The position numbers and the translations under genes are program-made. Under the pieces are notes generated by a model that saw nothing but the letters and a program-made list of their open reading frames with translations, ran no database searches and was not told where the DNA came from. A DNA stretch of 64,000 bases from Lentisphaerota bacterium (GTDB lineage: Bacteria; Verrucomicrobiota; Kiritimatiellia; JAAZAB01): contig JACPGM010000053.1 of assembly GCA_016188985.1 (NCBI GenBank), forward strand, positions 4,290 to 68,289. Direction: 5' to 3'. Shown here one piece after another: positions 19,974-27,973 of the stretch (position 1 is the stretch's first letter; each line of letters begins with the position of its first letter).

Positions 19974-21110
19974 ATGAAAACCGGGGAATCAGGCGTTGTA
20001 TTGGAGGCCGTCGTCATTTTTGGCGGTTTGGCCTGTATTCTGGCCGCCGGCATCTACGTGGCCGGCAGTTCCACCGTGGTCAGCTCGGCCCGGACCATCC
20101 GATTTGAAAAAGCTTTTCTGATTGCCGAAGCTGGCGCTGAACGGGCCAAGGCCGATCTGAGCACTAACGCTGATAATATCAACACTATCTTAACCGGCGC
20201 CGATGGCCTTACCAACACGTCCGACGACGGCATTTTAAGTTTTGGCGCCGCAGTGCCCTTTGGCGGCGGAGCCTTTTCCACACGGGTCTGGGACAACAAC
20301 GACAGCGATCCCAGCCTGTTCGTGGATACGGATTGGACGGTTATTATTCGCTCCACCGGTGCCTGTGAAAACGTTCAGCGGGTTTTGGAACTGGCCGTCA
20401 CGGTGTCTAACCCCCCAGCGCCGCCGGCCGATAGTGACGGGGCTTTGGCTATTTATGGGAGTAATACTACCGTGGATGTCGGCGGGAATTCGTCCATTAA
20501 TGGCAATGATTGGGGTGTGCCGGATGATTTTGATTGCACGGGGGCTGCCTGTGACGGCACGCTGACGACCAATCCGGCCGGGCCGGGCGTGTTTTCATCC
20601 ACCAACACCACGCCGACCATCGGCGGCTCGGCCGTCGTGGTGGGTGATCCGCCCGTAACCAATAATGCGACGGGCGACTATGATGCGCAGTATTGGCAAG
20701 CCCAGGTTGACTACTGGACGCCCTTGGCCTCCCTTTCAATCAGCGGCAGCGTTCCCAATGATGCTTACCTCGGGACGCGCGATAACCCGCAAGTTACGCT
20801 GGCTACAGGCGATGTCAATATTGATGGTAATGTGTCCGGGGCTGGTGTTCTTATTGTCCAGCCCGGCGTTGATATCACCATTGCCGGCACGTTTCATTAC
20901 GAAGGGCTGGTGATTCTCCTGGGCAATGTAACTTGCACGGCCCTGGGCACGGCCGACATATTTGGCGCCGTGACCGTCGTGGGTGGAGACAACAGTGTTT
21001 CTCTGAATGGGTTTCCGTCAATCAAATATAGCACCGAGGCGCTGGCCAATCTGGTTAACCTGCCCTTACCCGGCCCGCTCGCGGTGCAATACTGGCGCGA
21101 AATCAAATAA
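19974..21110 (+). CDS. PilX-N-like pilus-associated protein, tandem paralog 1
   Basis: An N-terminal hydrophobic helix is followed by 'FEKAFLIAEAGAERAKA' (PilX_N-type motif). The C-terminus is Gly/Asn/Thr-rich and repeat-like: 'GAGVLIVQPGVDITIAGTFHYEGLVILLGN'. Confidence 0.65.
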   Translation: MKTGESGVVLEAVVIFGGLACILAAGIYVAGSSTVVSSARTIRFEKAFLIAEAGAERAKADLSTNADNINTILTGADGLTNTSDDGILSFGAAVPFGGGAFSTRVWDNNDSDPSLFVDTDWTVIIRSTGACENVQRVLELAVTVSNPPAPPADSDGALAIYGSNTTVDVGGNSSINGNDWGVPDDFDCTGAACDGTLTTNPAGPGVFSSTNTTPTIGGSAVVVGDPPVTNNATGDYDAQYWQAQVDYWTPLASLSISGSVPNDAYLGTRDNPQVTLATGDVNIDGNVSGAGVLIVQPGVDITIAGTFHYEGLVILLGNVTCTALGTADIFGAVTVVGGDNSVSLNGFPSIKYSTEALANLVNLPLPGPLAVQYWREIK

Positions 21111-21200
21111 ACGTTGCGGGCTTCTTCCTTCCTACCAATCCGTTCCCAGCGGGTGCGTAGCGCCTCAGTTATTTGGGGTCGGCGATCCAAATGTCCTCAG

Positions 21201-21293
21201 CAAGCTGAGGCCCTACGTAGGGCGCGACCACGCCTCTGGCGTGGTAAACCTCGTGCCAGCCACGCGAAACGCGTGGTCGCGCCATTTTACCCC
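21201..21293 (+). repeat. ~92-nt repeat, family E, copy 1 (internal hairpin ggcgcgaccacgc...gcgtggtcgcgcc)
   Basis: Near-identical to 24482-24573 in the same orientation, with one c/t difference seen. Confidence 0.8.
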
Positions 21294-21458
21294 TAGATAA
21301 CTGAGACACGGGTCCCAACGGGTGCCAAAAACGGGCTTGACAGCAGCTTCCAATTAGATTAGTCTATTTTTGGTTAATGATTGAATTGGGTCTATTTACA
21401 TGGTTCCAAACCATATAAGTAGGGCCACAATAAGCGTTTCACGCGGGAAATGGGCCTC

Positions 21459-22595
21459 ATGAAAACCGAGCAATCCGGCTTTGCTTTAGTGATTGTCGTT
21501 ATCCAGGCCAGCCTGGCTTCAATCATGGCCGCCGGCCTGTACATGGCCAGCGGTTCTACGGTTGCCCGCGCCAACCGGACGCTTCATTTTGAAAAATCAT
21601 TTCTAATTGCCGAAGCGGGCGCTGAACGGGCCAAGGCCGTCCTGTCCACTAATGCTGATAATATCAACACTATCTTAACCGGCGCCGATGGCCTTACCAA
21701 CACCTGCGACGATGGCATTTTGAGTTTCGGCAACTCGGTGTCCTTTGCTGGCGGAGACTTTTCCGTGCTGGTCTCCGACAACGCTGACAGTAATCCCAGC
21801 CTATTCGTAGATACGGATAATACGGTCATTATCCGCACTACCGGCACCTATGAAAATGCCCGGCATGTGCTGGAATTGTCGGTCACGGTTACCAACCCGT
21901 CCGCCCCGCCGGCCGATACCGATGGCGCTCTGGCTATTTATGGAAGCAATGCTACGGTGAATGTTGGCGGCAGTGCGTCCATTGATGGCCGAGACTGGGC
22001 GGTCCCCGCTGATTTTGACTGCACGGGGGCCGGCTGCGACGGCGCGTTGACGACCAATGCGGCCGGGCCGGGCGTGTTTTCAGCTACCAACACGACAACC
22101 ATTAACGGCTCGAACAACATTGTGGGCAATCCGCCCGTGACCAATAATGCCGTCGGAGAGTATGACGAGCAATATTGGCAGGACCAGGTTGACTACTGGA
22201 CGCCCCTGGCTTCCCTTTCGATCAGCGGGAATGTGGCCAATGGCTCTTCCTTCGGGACGCGGACCAGTCCCCAGATTACCATTGTTACGGCCGACGCCAG
22301 TATTGCTGGCAATGTGGCTGGCGCTGGCGTGCTCATTGTCATGCCCGACGTTGATATCAGCATTTCGGGCACGTTCCATTATGAAGGGCTGGTGATTCTC
22401 CTGGGCGACGTGGTGTGTACGGCCCTCGGCACGGCCGACATATTTGGCGCTTTGGTGGCGCTTGGTGGGGAAAATAGTGTCACGCTGAATGGGCATCCGA
22501 ACGTCAAATACAGCACCCAGGCTCTGGCCAACCTGGCCAACATGGACGATTTACCTCCTCCGCTCTCGGTTCAATACTGGCGAGAAATTAAATAA
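21459..22595 (+). CDS. PilX-N-like pilus-associated protein, tandem paralog 2
   Basis: Collinear with 19974-21110 along its whole length, with the same N-terminus 'MKT..SG' and C-terminus 'VQYWREIK'. ATG 21459 was chosen by alignment to paralog 1. Confidence 0.65.
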   Translation: MKTEQSGFALVIVVIQASLASIMAAGLYMASGSTVARANRTLHFEKSFLIAEAGAERAKAVLSTNADNINTILTGADGLTNTCDDGILSFGNSVSFAGGDFSVLVSDNADSNPSLFVDTDNTVIIRTTGTYENARHVLELSVTVTNPSAPPADTDGALAIYGSNATVNVGGSASIDGRDWAVPADFDCTGAGCDGALTTNAAGPGVFSATNTTTINGSNNIVGNPPVTNNAVGEYDEQYWQDQVDYWTPLASLSISGNVANGSSFGTRTSPQITIVTADASIAGNVAGAGVLIVMPDVDISISGTFHYEGLVILLGDVVCTALGTADIFGALVALGGENSVTLNGHPNVKYSTQALANLANMDDLPPPLSVQYWREIK

Positions 22596-22640
22596 AAGTA
22601 GCGGGCCAATCCACCCTGACTCGTCGCCTCACCATGGAGT

Positions 22641-22735
22641 GTCATTCCGGGCTTTCCGCCTTGGGCGGATCCGCCTGTGGAGGAGACCCGGAATCCAGTT
22701 TTCCTGGTCTGGATTCCCGCCTGCGCGGGAATGAC
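22641..22735. repeat. GTCATTCC...GGAATGAC palindromic element (family S) with a nested GGATCC unit
   Basis: gtcattccggg[...]cccggaatccag...ctggattcccgcctgcgcgggaatgac. The bracketed 22654-22685 is a GGCGGATCCGCC unit. Related copies lie at 53166-53230, 55858-55989 and 59691-59774. Confidence 0.7.
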
Positions 22736-22763
22736 AAGGAGGGTCTGATCTCCATTGCGGGGA

Positions 22764-23492
22764 TCAGGAATTGAACTGCGTGTCGGCGTCTATCGGCAAC
22801 AGGGTCTGCAGGGCTTCGCGGGCCGCCGCCTGTTCGGCATCCCGCTTGCAGGCGCCCTGGCCGGTGCCCCAAACCTTGCCCGCGAGAGCGACCTCCACGG
22901 TGAAGATGCGCTCGTGCGGCGCCCCGTCCAGCTTGACAAGATGGTAAGCGGGATTTTTTTTCCAGCGCTGTTGGGCCAGCACCTGCAAGTGCCCCTTGGG
23001 ATTATCCCGCCAGTTGTCCTGCGGATGGATTTCGATCAGCGCCACGAACAGTTTTCGGAATATCCTGTCCACGGCTTTCAAGTCCCCATCCAGGTAAGCC
23101 GCGCCCAGGATTGCTTCCAGCGCATCGCCGATATTGGAAGCGCGCCGGTGGCCTCCGGAAGCCTGCTCGCCCTTGCCCAGTTTGATGGCTGCGCCCAGGT
23201 CAATCGAGGCGCCAATCCGGGCCAGGGCCTTGCCGCTGGTCAGACGGCTGCGCAGCAAGGTCAGCGGCCCTTCTTTGATCTCAGGATACATCCGGAACAG
23301 GTAATTGCTGGCTACCAGGCTTAAGGCCGCATCGCCCAGGAACTCCAAGCGCTGATTGTCGTTGCGGATCTCGGCGCTTTCATAGCGATAGGACCGGTGC
23401 AGCAGGGCGTTGGCCAGCAGTTCCCTGTTGCGGAAAGTATAGCCCAGCAATTTCTCCAGCGACCGATAAGGATTATGGAAGAATCGTCTCAT
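22764..23492 (-). CDS. rnc: Ribonuclease III
   Basis: Signature 'NQRLEFLGDAAL', a C-terminal dsRBD, and a length of 242 aa. Confidence 0.93.
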   Translation of the reverse strand: MRRFFHNPYRSLEKLLGYTFRNRELLANALLHRSYRYESAEIRNDNQRLEFLGDAALSLVASNYLFRMYPEIKEGPLTLLRSRLTSGKALARIGASIDLGAAIKLGKGEQASGGHRRASNIGDALEAILGAAYLDGDLKAVDRIFRKLFVALIEIHPQDNWRDNPKGHLQVLAQQRWKKNPAYHLVKLDGAPHERIFTVEVALAGKVWGTGQGACKRDAEQAAAREALQTLLPIDADTQFNS

Positions 23493-24376
23493 GCGCGCGG
23501 ATGGAACTTTTCGTGAATGGCTTTTAAGCGCGAGGAGTCAACGTGCGTGTAAATCTGCGTCGTGGCAATGTCGGCATGGCCCAGCATTTCCTGGATGATC
23601 CTGAGCGGCGCGCCATTGTGCAACAGGTGGCTGGCAAAGGAGTGCCGCAGGGTGTGCGGGCTGATCGGCTTGATGATCCCGGCTTTGTGAGCATATTGCT
23701 TGAAAAGTTTCCAGATGCTCTTGCGATTGAAAGCCTTTCCCGCGCGCGTGAGGAACACGAAACTCGTTCGTGGGTCGTTACTCAAGCGTGGACGCGCCTC
23801 TGCCAGGTAGCGCTTCAGCACGCGACCGGATTTTTCCGAGAAGGGCACCACCCGTTCCTTTTGGCCTTTGCCGACGCAGCGCAGATAGCCGGCGTCAAAA
23901 TGAACGTCGCCAAGCGTCAGGCCGCACAGTTCCGAGACGCGCAGGCCCGTGGCATAGGCGATTTCCAAGAGCGCCCGGTCGCGCAGGGCCTGCGGTTTGT
24001 CGCCCGCGGGAGCCTCCAGCAGGCGCTCGACTTCTTTGAGCGAGAGGGTCTCGGGCAGGACCTTCCAGAGACGCGGCGATTCCATCACGTCGGTAATGTT
24101 GCGGCTTAAAAGACCTTCCTGATGCAGATACCGGAAAAAAACCTTGATGGCCACAAAAAGGCGCGAAATGGAGTTGAGACTGAGTCTGTGCTCCTTGGCC
24201 TCCATCAGAAAGTCGAGGATGTGCTGGCGGGATACGGCGTTAACCGTGGTCAGCTTGCGGCGTTCCAGGAAGCGAATGAATTTGACGAGGTCGGCGCGAT
24301 AGGCCGCCTGGGTATTGGGGCTTAATCTCCGCTCTAAAGCCAGGTAATCAATAAACTGGTCAATGAGGGCGTTCAT
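23489..24376 (-). CDS. xerD: Tyrosine site-specific recombinase, XerD/XerC family
   Basis: 'LALERRLSPNTQAAYRADL', 'ATGLRVSELCGLTLGDV', 'GKGQKERVVP', 'HTLRHSFASHLL' and 'LGHADIATTQIYTHV...HPRA'. Start 24376 (MNALIDQF) gives a canonical ~295 aa. It overlaps rnc by 4 nt. Confidence 0.88.
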   Translation of the reverse strand: MNALIDQFIDYLALERRLSPNTQAAYRADLVKFIRFLERRKLTTVNAVSRQHILDFLMEAKEHRLSLNSISRLFVAIKVFFRYLHQEGLLSRNITDVMESPRLWKVLPETLSLKEVERLLEAPAGDKPQALRDRALLEIAYATGLRVSELCGLTLGDVHFDAGYLRCVGKGQKERVVPFSEKSGRVLKRYLAEARPRLSNDPRTSFVFLTRAGKAFNRKSIWKLFKQYAHKAGIIKPISPHTLRHSFASHLLHNGAPLRIIQEMLGHADIATTQIYTHVDSSRLKAIHEKFHPRA

Positions 24377-24481
24377 GGAGCAAGCACAAAAGAAAACGTC
24401 CAGTAATGGGTCGGTTACGCGGGGAATCGATCCCAATGGCCTCAGCCCGCCTGCAACGCTATGCGTAGCATTGCGGGCAGG

Positions 24482-24573
24482 CAAGCTGAGGCCCTACGTA
24501 GGGCGCGACCACGCCTCTGGCGTGGTAAACCTCGTGTCAGCCACGCGAAACGCGTGGTCGCGCCATTTTACCC
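24482..24573 (+). repeat. ~92-nt repeat, family E, copy 2
   Basis: See 21201-21293. It is immediately preceded by the 31-nt imperfect palindrome at 24450-24481. Confidence 0.8.
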
Positions 24574-24578
24574 TTTGC

Positions 24579-24890
24579 TTACGGCTTTGCCGCAACGGCG
24601 TTCGACGAGGCCGGGATGTCATTGGCGTCAAAACCGGCCCCGGCAATGGTGTACTCGATATTCTTGCGGGCAATAACCATGGAGTCATAAACGACCGTCA
24701 GGGTGCGCGCCTGGAAATCCGGCCGGATGGTTTTAATGCCCGGCTGACGCATAAAGGCTTCCTGGATAATCTGCGCGCAGGCCGGGTCTTTCAGGCCCGG
24801 CACGGCGATAGTCGCCTCACGAATATCATGTTGGCGGCAGCCAATCAGACTGATGATCAGCAGCACGACCGGCATAACTATTTTCCACAT
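24579..24890 (-). CDS. Lipoprotein with a degenerate heavy-metal-associated (HMA)-like domain
   Basis: Lipobox 'LLIISLIGC'. The beta-alpha-beta-beta-alpha-beta-like 'ATIAVPGLKDPACAQIIQEAFMRQPGIKTI...LTVVYD' has a single Cys rather than CxxC. Start 24890 was chosen because the longer ORF runs through a repeat. Confidence 0.5.
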   Translation of the reverse strand: MWKIVMPVVLLIISLIGCRQHDIREATIAVPGLKDPACAQIIQEAFMRQPGIKTIRPDFQARTLTVVYDSMVIARKNIEYTIAGAGFDANDIPASSNAVAAKP

Positions 24891-25001
24891 GCGAATCCCC
24901 TTTTTTTGATAGCGCGTTTTTTCTGTTAATGAATCACATTTCTTATACACTAAACGACCGCTGGAAATCAATAGAAAGGAATGGTAACCCCTTAGCCTAA
25001 T

Positions 25002-25081
25002 GTGGGCAAGAGGTAGGGCGCTTTCGCCGAAAGCGCCGCGGACGGCTCGGCGAGCCGTCCCTACCATCATGCGACCACCTC
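25002..25081 (+). repeat. REP-like repeat, family C, copy 1
   Basis: gtgggcaagaggtagggcgc..gcgccgcggacggctcggcgagccgtccctacc...gcgaccacctc matches the reverse complement of 60962-61043. Confidence 0.75.
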
Positions 25082-25111
25082 GTAAGTAACTCAATAGAAA
25101 GGAATCTTACC

Positions 25112-26779
25112 ATGTATAGCGATCAGATTAAACAAGGCCTGGAGCGCGCTCCGCACCGAAGCCTGTTGCGCGCTCTGGGGGTTAAAGCCGAAGACCTGAA
25201 TAAACCTTTTATCGGCGTCTGCAACTCGTTTACCGAGATCATTCCCGGCCATATGCACCTGAATGCGGTTGGGCGGCGCATCTGCCGGCAAATCCGTAAA
25301 GCCGGCGGTGTTCCGTTTGAATTCAACACCATCGGTATTTGCGACGGGCTGGCGATGGGCCACCGGGGCATGAAGTATTCGCTGCCAAGCCGGGAATTGA
25401 TTGCCGACAGCGTAGAGGCGATGGTGCGCGCCCATTGTTTTGACGCGCTCCTCTGCCTTACTAACTGCGACAAGATCGTGCCCGGCATGCTGATGGGCGC
25501 CTTGCGGGTCAACGTGCCCACCATCATGGTCAGCGGCGGCCCGATGGCCGCCGGCCGATCGCCGGATGGCAAAACCCTCGACCTGATCAGCGTCTTTGAG
25601 GGCGTGGCCTCCTGCCGCAGCGGCACAATGACTGAGGCCGAATTGGAAACCGTTACCGCCCATGCCTGCCCGGACTGCGGGTCCTGTTCCGGCCTGTTCA
25701 CGGCCAATTCGATGAACTGCCTGTGCGAGGCTTTGGGCGTGGCCCTGCCGGGTAATGGCACCATCCTGGCGACCGATCCCAAGCGCAAGGCGCTTTATAC
25801 CAAGGCGGCGAAGCGTATTGTGGAAATGGCCAAGGCCGGCGCCCCAAAACCGCGGGACTTGGTTTCGCTGGAATCGTTGGATAACGCCTTTGCCCTCGAT
25901 ATGGCCATGGGCGGCAGCACCAATACCGTCTTGCACGCGCTGGCCATTGCCCACGAAGCGGGTGTGCGCTATGATCTTAACCGGATTAACGACCTGTCCA
26001 AACGTTGTCCCAACATCTGCCGCGTTGCGCCCTCCAGCTCATATCACATGGAGGATGTGGACCGCGCCGGCGGCGTCAGTGCGATTATTAAAACGATCCA
26101 GGCGGTTCCCGGCCTGATCCATGCGCAGGCGCTGACCGTGACCGGCCGGTCGCTCGGGCGCAGTGTAAGCCGGGCCAAGGTCGCGGATTCGGCCGTTATC
26201 CGGCCATTGGATAATCCTTATTCCCCGCAGGGAGGCTTGACTATTCTCTGGGGCAACCTGGCGCCGGAAGGCGCCGTGGTCAAGAGCGCCGGTGTGGCGC
26301 CTTCCATGTTGTCCTTTGAAGGCGCCGCGGTGATCTTTAATTCCCAGGAAGAAGCTTGCGCCGGCATTCTGGCCGGCAGAGTCAAGGCGGGCCAGGTCGT
26401 GGTCATCCGCTACGAAGGCCCGAAAGGCGGACCGGGCATGCAGGAAATGCTCGCGCCCACTTCCTACATCATGGGCCGCGGGTTGGGCGAACAGGTGGCT
26501 TTAATTACCGATGGCCGGTTTTCGGGTGGGACCCGCGGGGCCTGCGTTGGGCATGTTTCTCCGGAAGCCGCCGCCGGCGGCCCGCTGGCGCTCCTTCAGG
26601 AAGGCGATATGATTCGCATTGATATTCCCGGCCATTGCTTGGAAGTCAAACTGACCGAAGCCGAACTCCAACGTCGCCGCACTGAGCTTAAGCCCTATGC
26701 TCCGCCAGCCTTGTCCGGCTACCTGAAACGCTACGCCGAAAGAGTCGGCGGCGCGGGTAGCGGCGCGGTGTTAACTTAA
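25112..26779 (+). CDS. ilvD: Dihydroxy-acid dehydratase
   Basis: 555 aa. Contains 'RSLLRALG', '[12 protein letters not shown]', '[18 protein letters not shown]' and '[12 protein letters not shown]'. Confidence 0.97.
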   Translation: MYSDQIKQGLERAPHRSLLRALGVKAEDLNKPFIGVCNSFTEIIPGHMHLNAVGRRICRQIRKAGGVPFEFNTIGICDGLAMGHRGMKYSLPSRELIADSVEAMVRAHCFDALLCLTNCDKIVPGMLMGALRVNVPTIMVSGGPMAAGRSPDGKTLDLISVFEGVASCRSGTMTEAELETVTAHACPDCGSCSGLFTANSMNCLCEALGVALPGNGTILATDPKRKALYTKAAKRIVEMAKAGAPKPRDLVSLESLDNAFALDMAMGGSTNTVLHALAIAHEAGVRYDLNRINDLSKRCPNICRVAPSSSYHMEDVDRAGGVSAIIKTIQAVPGLIHAQALTVTGRSLGRSVSRAKVADSAVIRPLDNPYSPQGGLTILWGNLAPEGAVVKSAGVAPSMLSFEGAAVIFNSQEEACAGILAGRVKAGQVVVIRYEGPKGGPGMQEMLAPTSYIMGRGLGEQVALITDGRFSGGTRGACVGHVSPEAAAGGPLALLQEGDMIRIDIPGHCLEVKLTEAELQRRRTELKPYAPPALSGYLKRYAERVGGAGSGAVLT

Positions 26780-26781
26780 GA

Positions 26782-26816
26782 AATGCAGAATGCAGAATGC
26801 AGAATGCAGAATGCAG
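26782..26816. repeat. Heptamer satellite (AATGCAG)x5 directly after the ilvD stop
   Basis: Five perfect tandem units. A 3-unit variant follows the comF-like stop at 47782-47802. Confidence 0.85.
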
Positions 26817-26930
26817 AAACATCGAATATCGAATGACGGAGTAAGAACAAAGAAGAACCAGGAACCGTTGTGTGCCGCGGTAGCAGTTTATCCGCCGTAG
26901 CTTCTTAGCGAAGGCGGATGGCCACTGTGG

Positions 26931-27092
26931 CTCGAATTCGGTTTCCCGCGCGAGCGGGATTCGGGAAAGCAAGGCAAGCTTGGGATGAATGCCGGTGCGC
27001 CGCGTGAAGTCATAGGACTTCTGTCCATGCGAGCGCGGAAAAACCGGCAGGCGGCCCAAGATCGCCGCCGCATTTCCCGAACCGAATTCGAG
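26931..27092 (-). mobile_element. MITE-like repeat, family D, copy 2 (TIR CTCGAATTCGGTT)
   Basis: ctcgaattcggtt...aaccgaattcgag termini. The interior is homologous to 14603-14761 in inverted orientation. Confidence 0.7.
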
Positions 27093-27144
27093 ACGCATTG
27101 ACCCAGAACAGGCAGTCTTGGGTTGCGGGCACAGCCCGCATTGG

Positions 27145-27543
27145 TCACTGGAAATGCGTTAGGATGTACTGGATTGCCGCCGGCAGAGAGGGCAGGATCT
27201 TGGTGCAGTAGCGCACCATCCAGGGACTGCTGTCCTTGAAGCTGAACGGTGAAAAGGCCACCACGAATTTGCCCAGGTCATGCGCGGCGTAAAACACTTC
27301 CATGGCCGTGCCGATGGAGGGTTTGTTGTAATTGACCAGCAGCACCTCCGCGTTGCGAATGTCAGACAAGTCAAATTCCACGATTTCGTTGGCGCTATCC
27401 ACCTCGCGGTCCTTGAAGTTCCGGCGCATGGGATCCAGAATGATGAAGGCGCCGCCGAGTTCCTGGTTGGCCGTCTTGCGCCAGTCGTGGGCCGCGCCGC
27501 CGGCTTCGTCCATGATCGGACCACAGAGGTAAATGGTTTTCAC
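27145..27543 (-). CDS. Nucleoside 2-deoxyribosyltransferase-like protein
   Basis: 'MKTIYLCGPI...', '...VLLVNYNKPSIGTAMEVFYA' (the conserved Glu context of the NDT-like fold), and a length of 132 aa. Confidence 0.65.
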   Translation of the reverse strand: MKTIYLCGPIMDEAGGAAHDWRKTANQELGGAFIILDPMRRNFKDREVDSANEIVEFDLSDIRNAEVLLVNYNKPSIGTAMEVFYAAHDLGKFVVAFSPFSFKDSSPWMVRYCTKILPSLPAAIQYILTHFQ

Positions 27544-27592
27544 GACCTCAGGTTAGCAGGCTATCCCATGGGAAACAATTCTTTCTTTTCGC

Positions 27593-27621
27593 TTGACCAC
27601 GGACAGGGCGCAACCTATTGT
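27593..27621 (+). promoter_or_regulatory. Candidate sigma70-type promoter for the HU/IHF-hisS operon
   Basis: TTGACC-17 nt-TATTGT lies about 60 nt upstream of the ATG at 27684. The RBS gggagg is present. Confidence 0.3.
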
Positions 27622-27683
27622 CGCTTTGTGAATTAGGTCACAAACGCAAGTAAGCATAATCACGTTCGGGAGGTAATCAAACA

Positions 27684-27971
27684 ATGACCAAACGAGATCT
27701 GGTTGTCCGTATTGCCAGGGAAACCGGGCTGATCCAGCTTGATGTGTTGGCCGTTCTTGAAAAAACGCTTAATTATATCATGGAAAGCCTGGCTAAGGGC
27801 GAAAACGTGGAGTTTCGCAACTTCGGCGTTTTTCAAGTGCGCTTGCGCAAATCCCGCATTGGCCGCAACCCCAATCAGCCCACCCACGTGGTAACCATCC
27901 CTGCCCGTAAAGTGGTCAAATTCAAGATGGGCCGGATCATGAAGGCCCGGGTGATGAAACCCGTCAAGTAA
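27684..27971 (+). CDS. HU/IHF family DNA-binding protein
   Basis: 'MTKRDLVVRIA...', 'VEFRNFGVFQVRLRKSRIGRNPNQP', and a length of 95 aa. Confidence 0.9.
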   Translation: MTKRDLVVRIARETGLIQLDVLAVLEKTLNYIMESLAKGENVEFRNFGVFQVRLRKSRIGRNPNQPTHVVTIPARKVVKFKMGRIMKARVMKPVK

Positions 27972-27973
27972 TA

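Noticed and set aside
23489-24376. Tyrosine recombinase considered as a phage/ICE integrase marking a mobile element
   Set aside because: It has a Xer-type N-terminal domain and lies in a core-gene context. There are no phage or conjugation genes nearby, and it is not adjacent to the tRNA.
18566-24481. A 31-nt imperfect palindrome (cctgtccgcaatgctacgcatagcgttgcag) at 18566-18596 and its inverted copy at 24450-24481. Together they bracket the whole pilin cluster + rnc + the tyrosine recombinase. Considered as a recombinase-driven invertible (phase-variable) segment.
   Set aside because: The recombinase has all the hallmarks of a housekeeping XerD (length, 'GKGQKERVVP', C-terminal 'HPRA', coupling to rnc). 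The segment would invert rnc together with the pili. The motif is quasi-palindromic and REP-like, in a genome saturated with such repeats. The idea can still be tested cheaply by looking for inversion junction reads.
26782-26816. Tandem repeats considered as a possible CRISPR array (also 32071-32112)
   Set aside because: The units are 7 and 14 nt, head-to-tail with no spacers. No cas genes are present. Nowhere in the window did I see 25-40-nt repeats regularly interspaced with unique spacers.
27145-27543. Nucleoside 2-deoxyribosyltransferase-like protein considered as a defence effector (NDT-like domains occur in some anti-phage systems)
   Set aside because: It is a stand-alone 132-aa gene in a housekeeping neighbourhood (ilvD, HU/IHF, hisS). 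It has no sensor or partner genes and no compositional anomaly.
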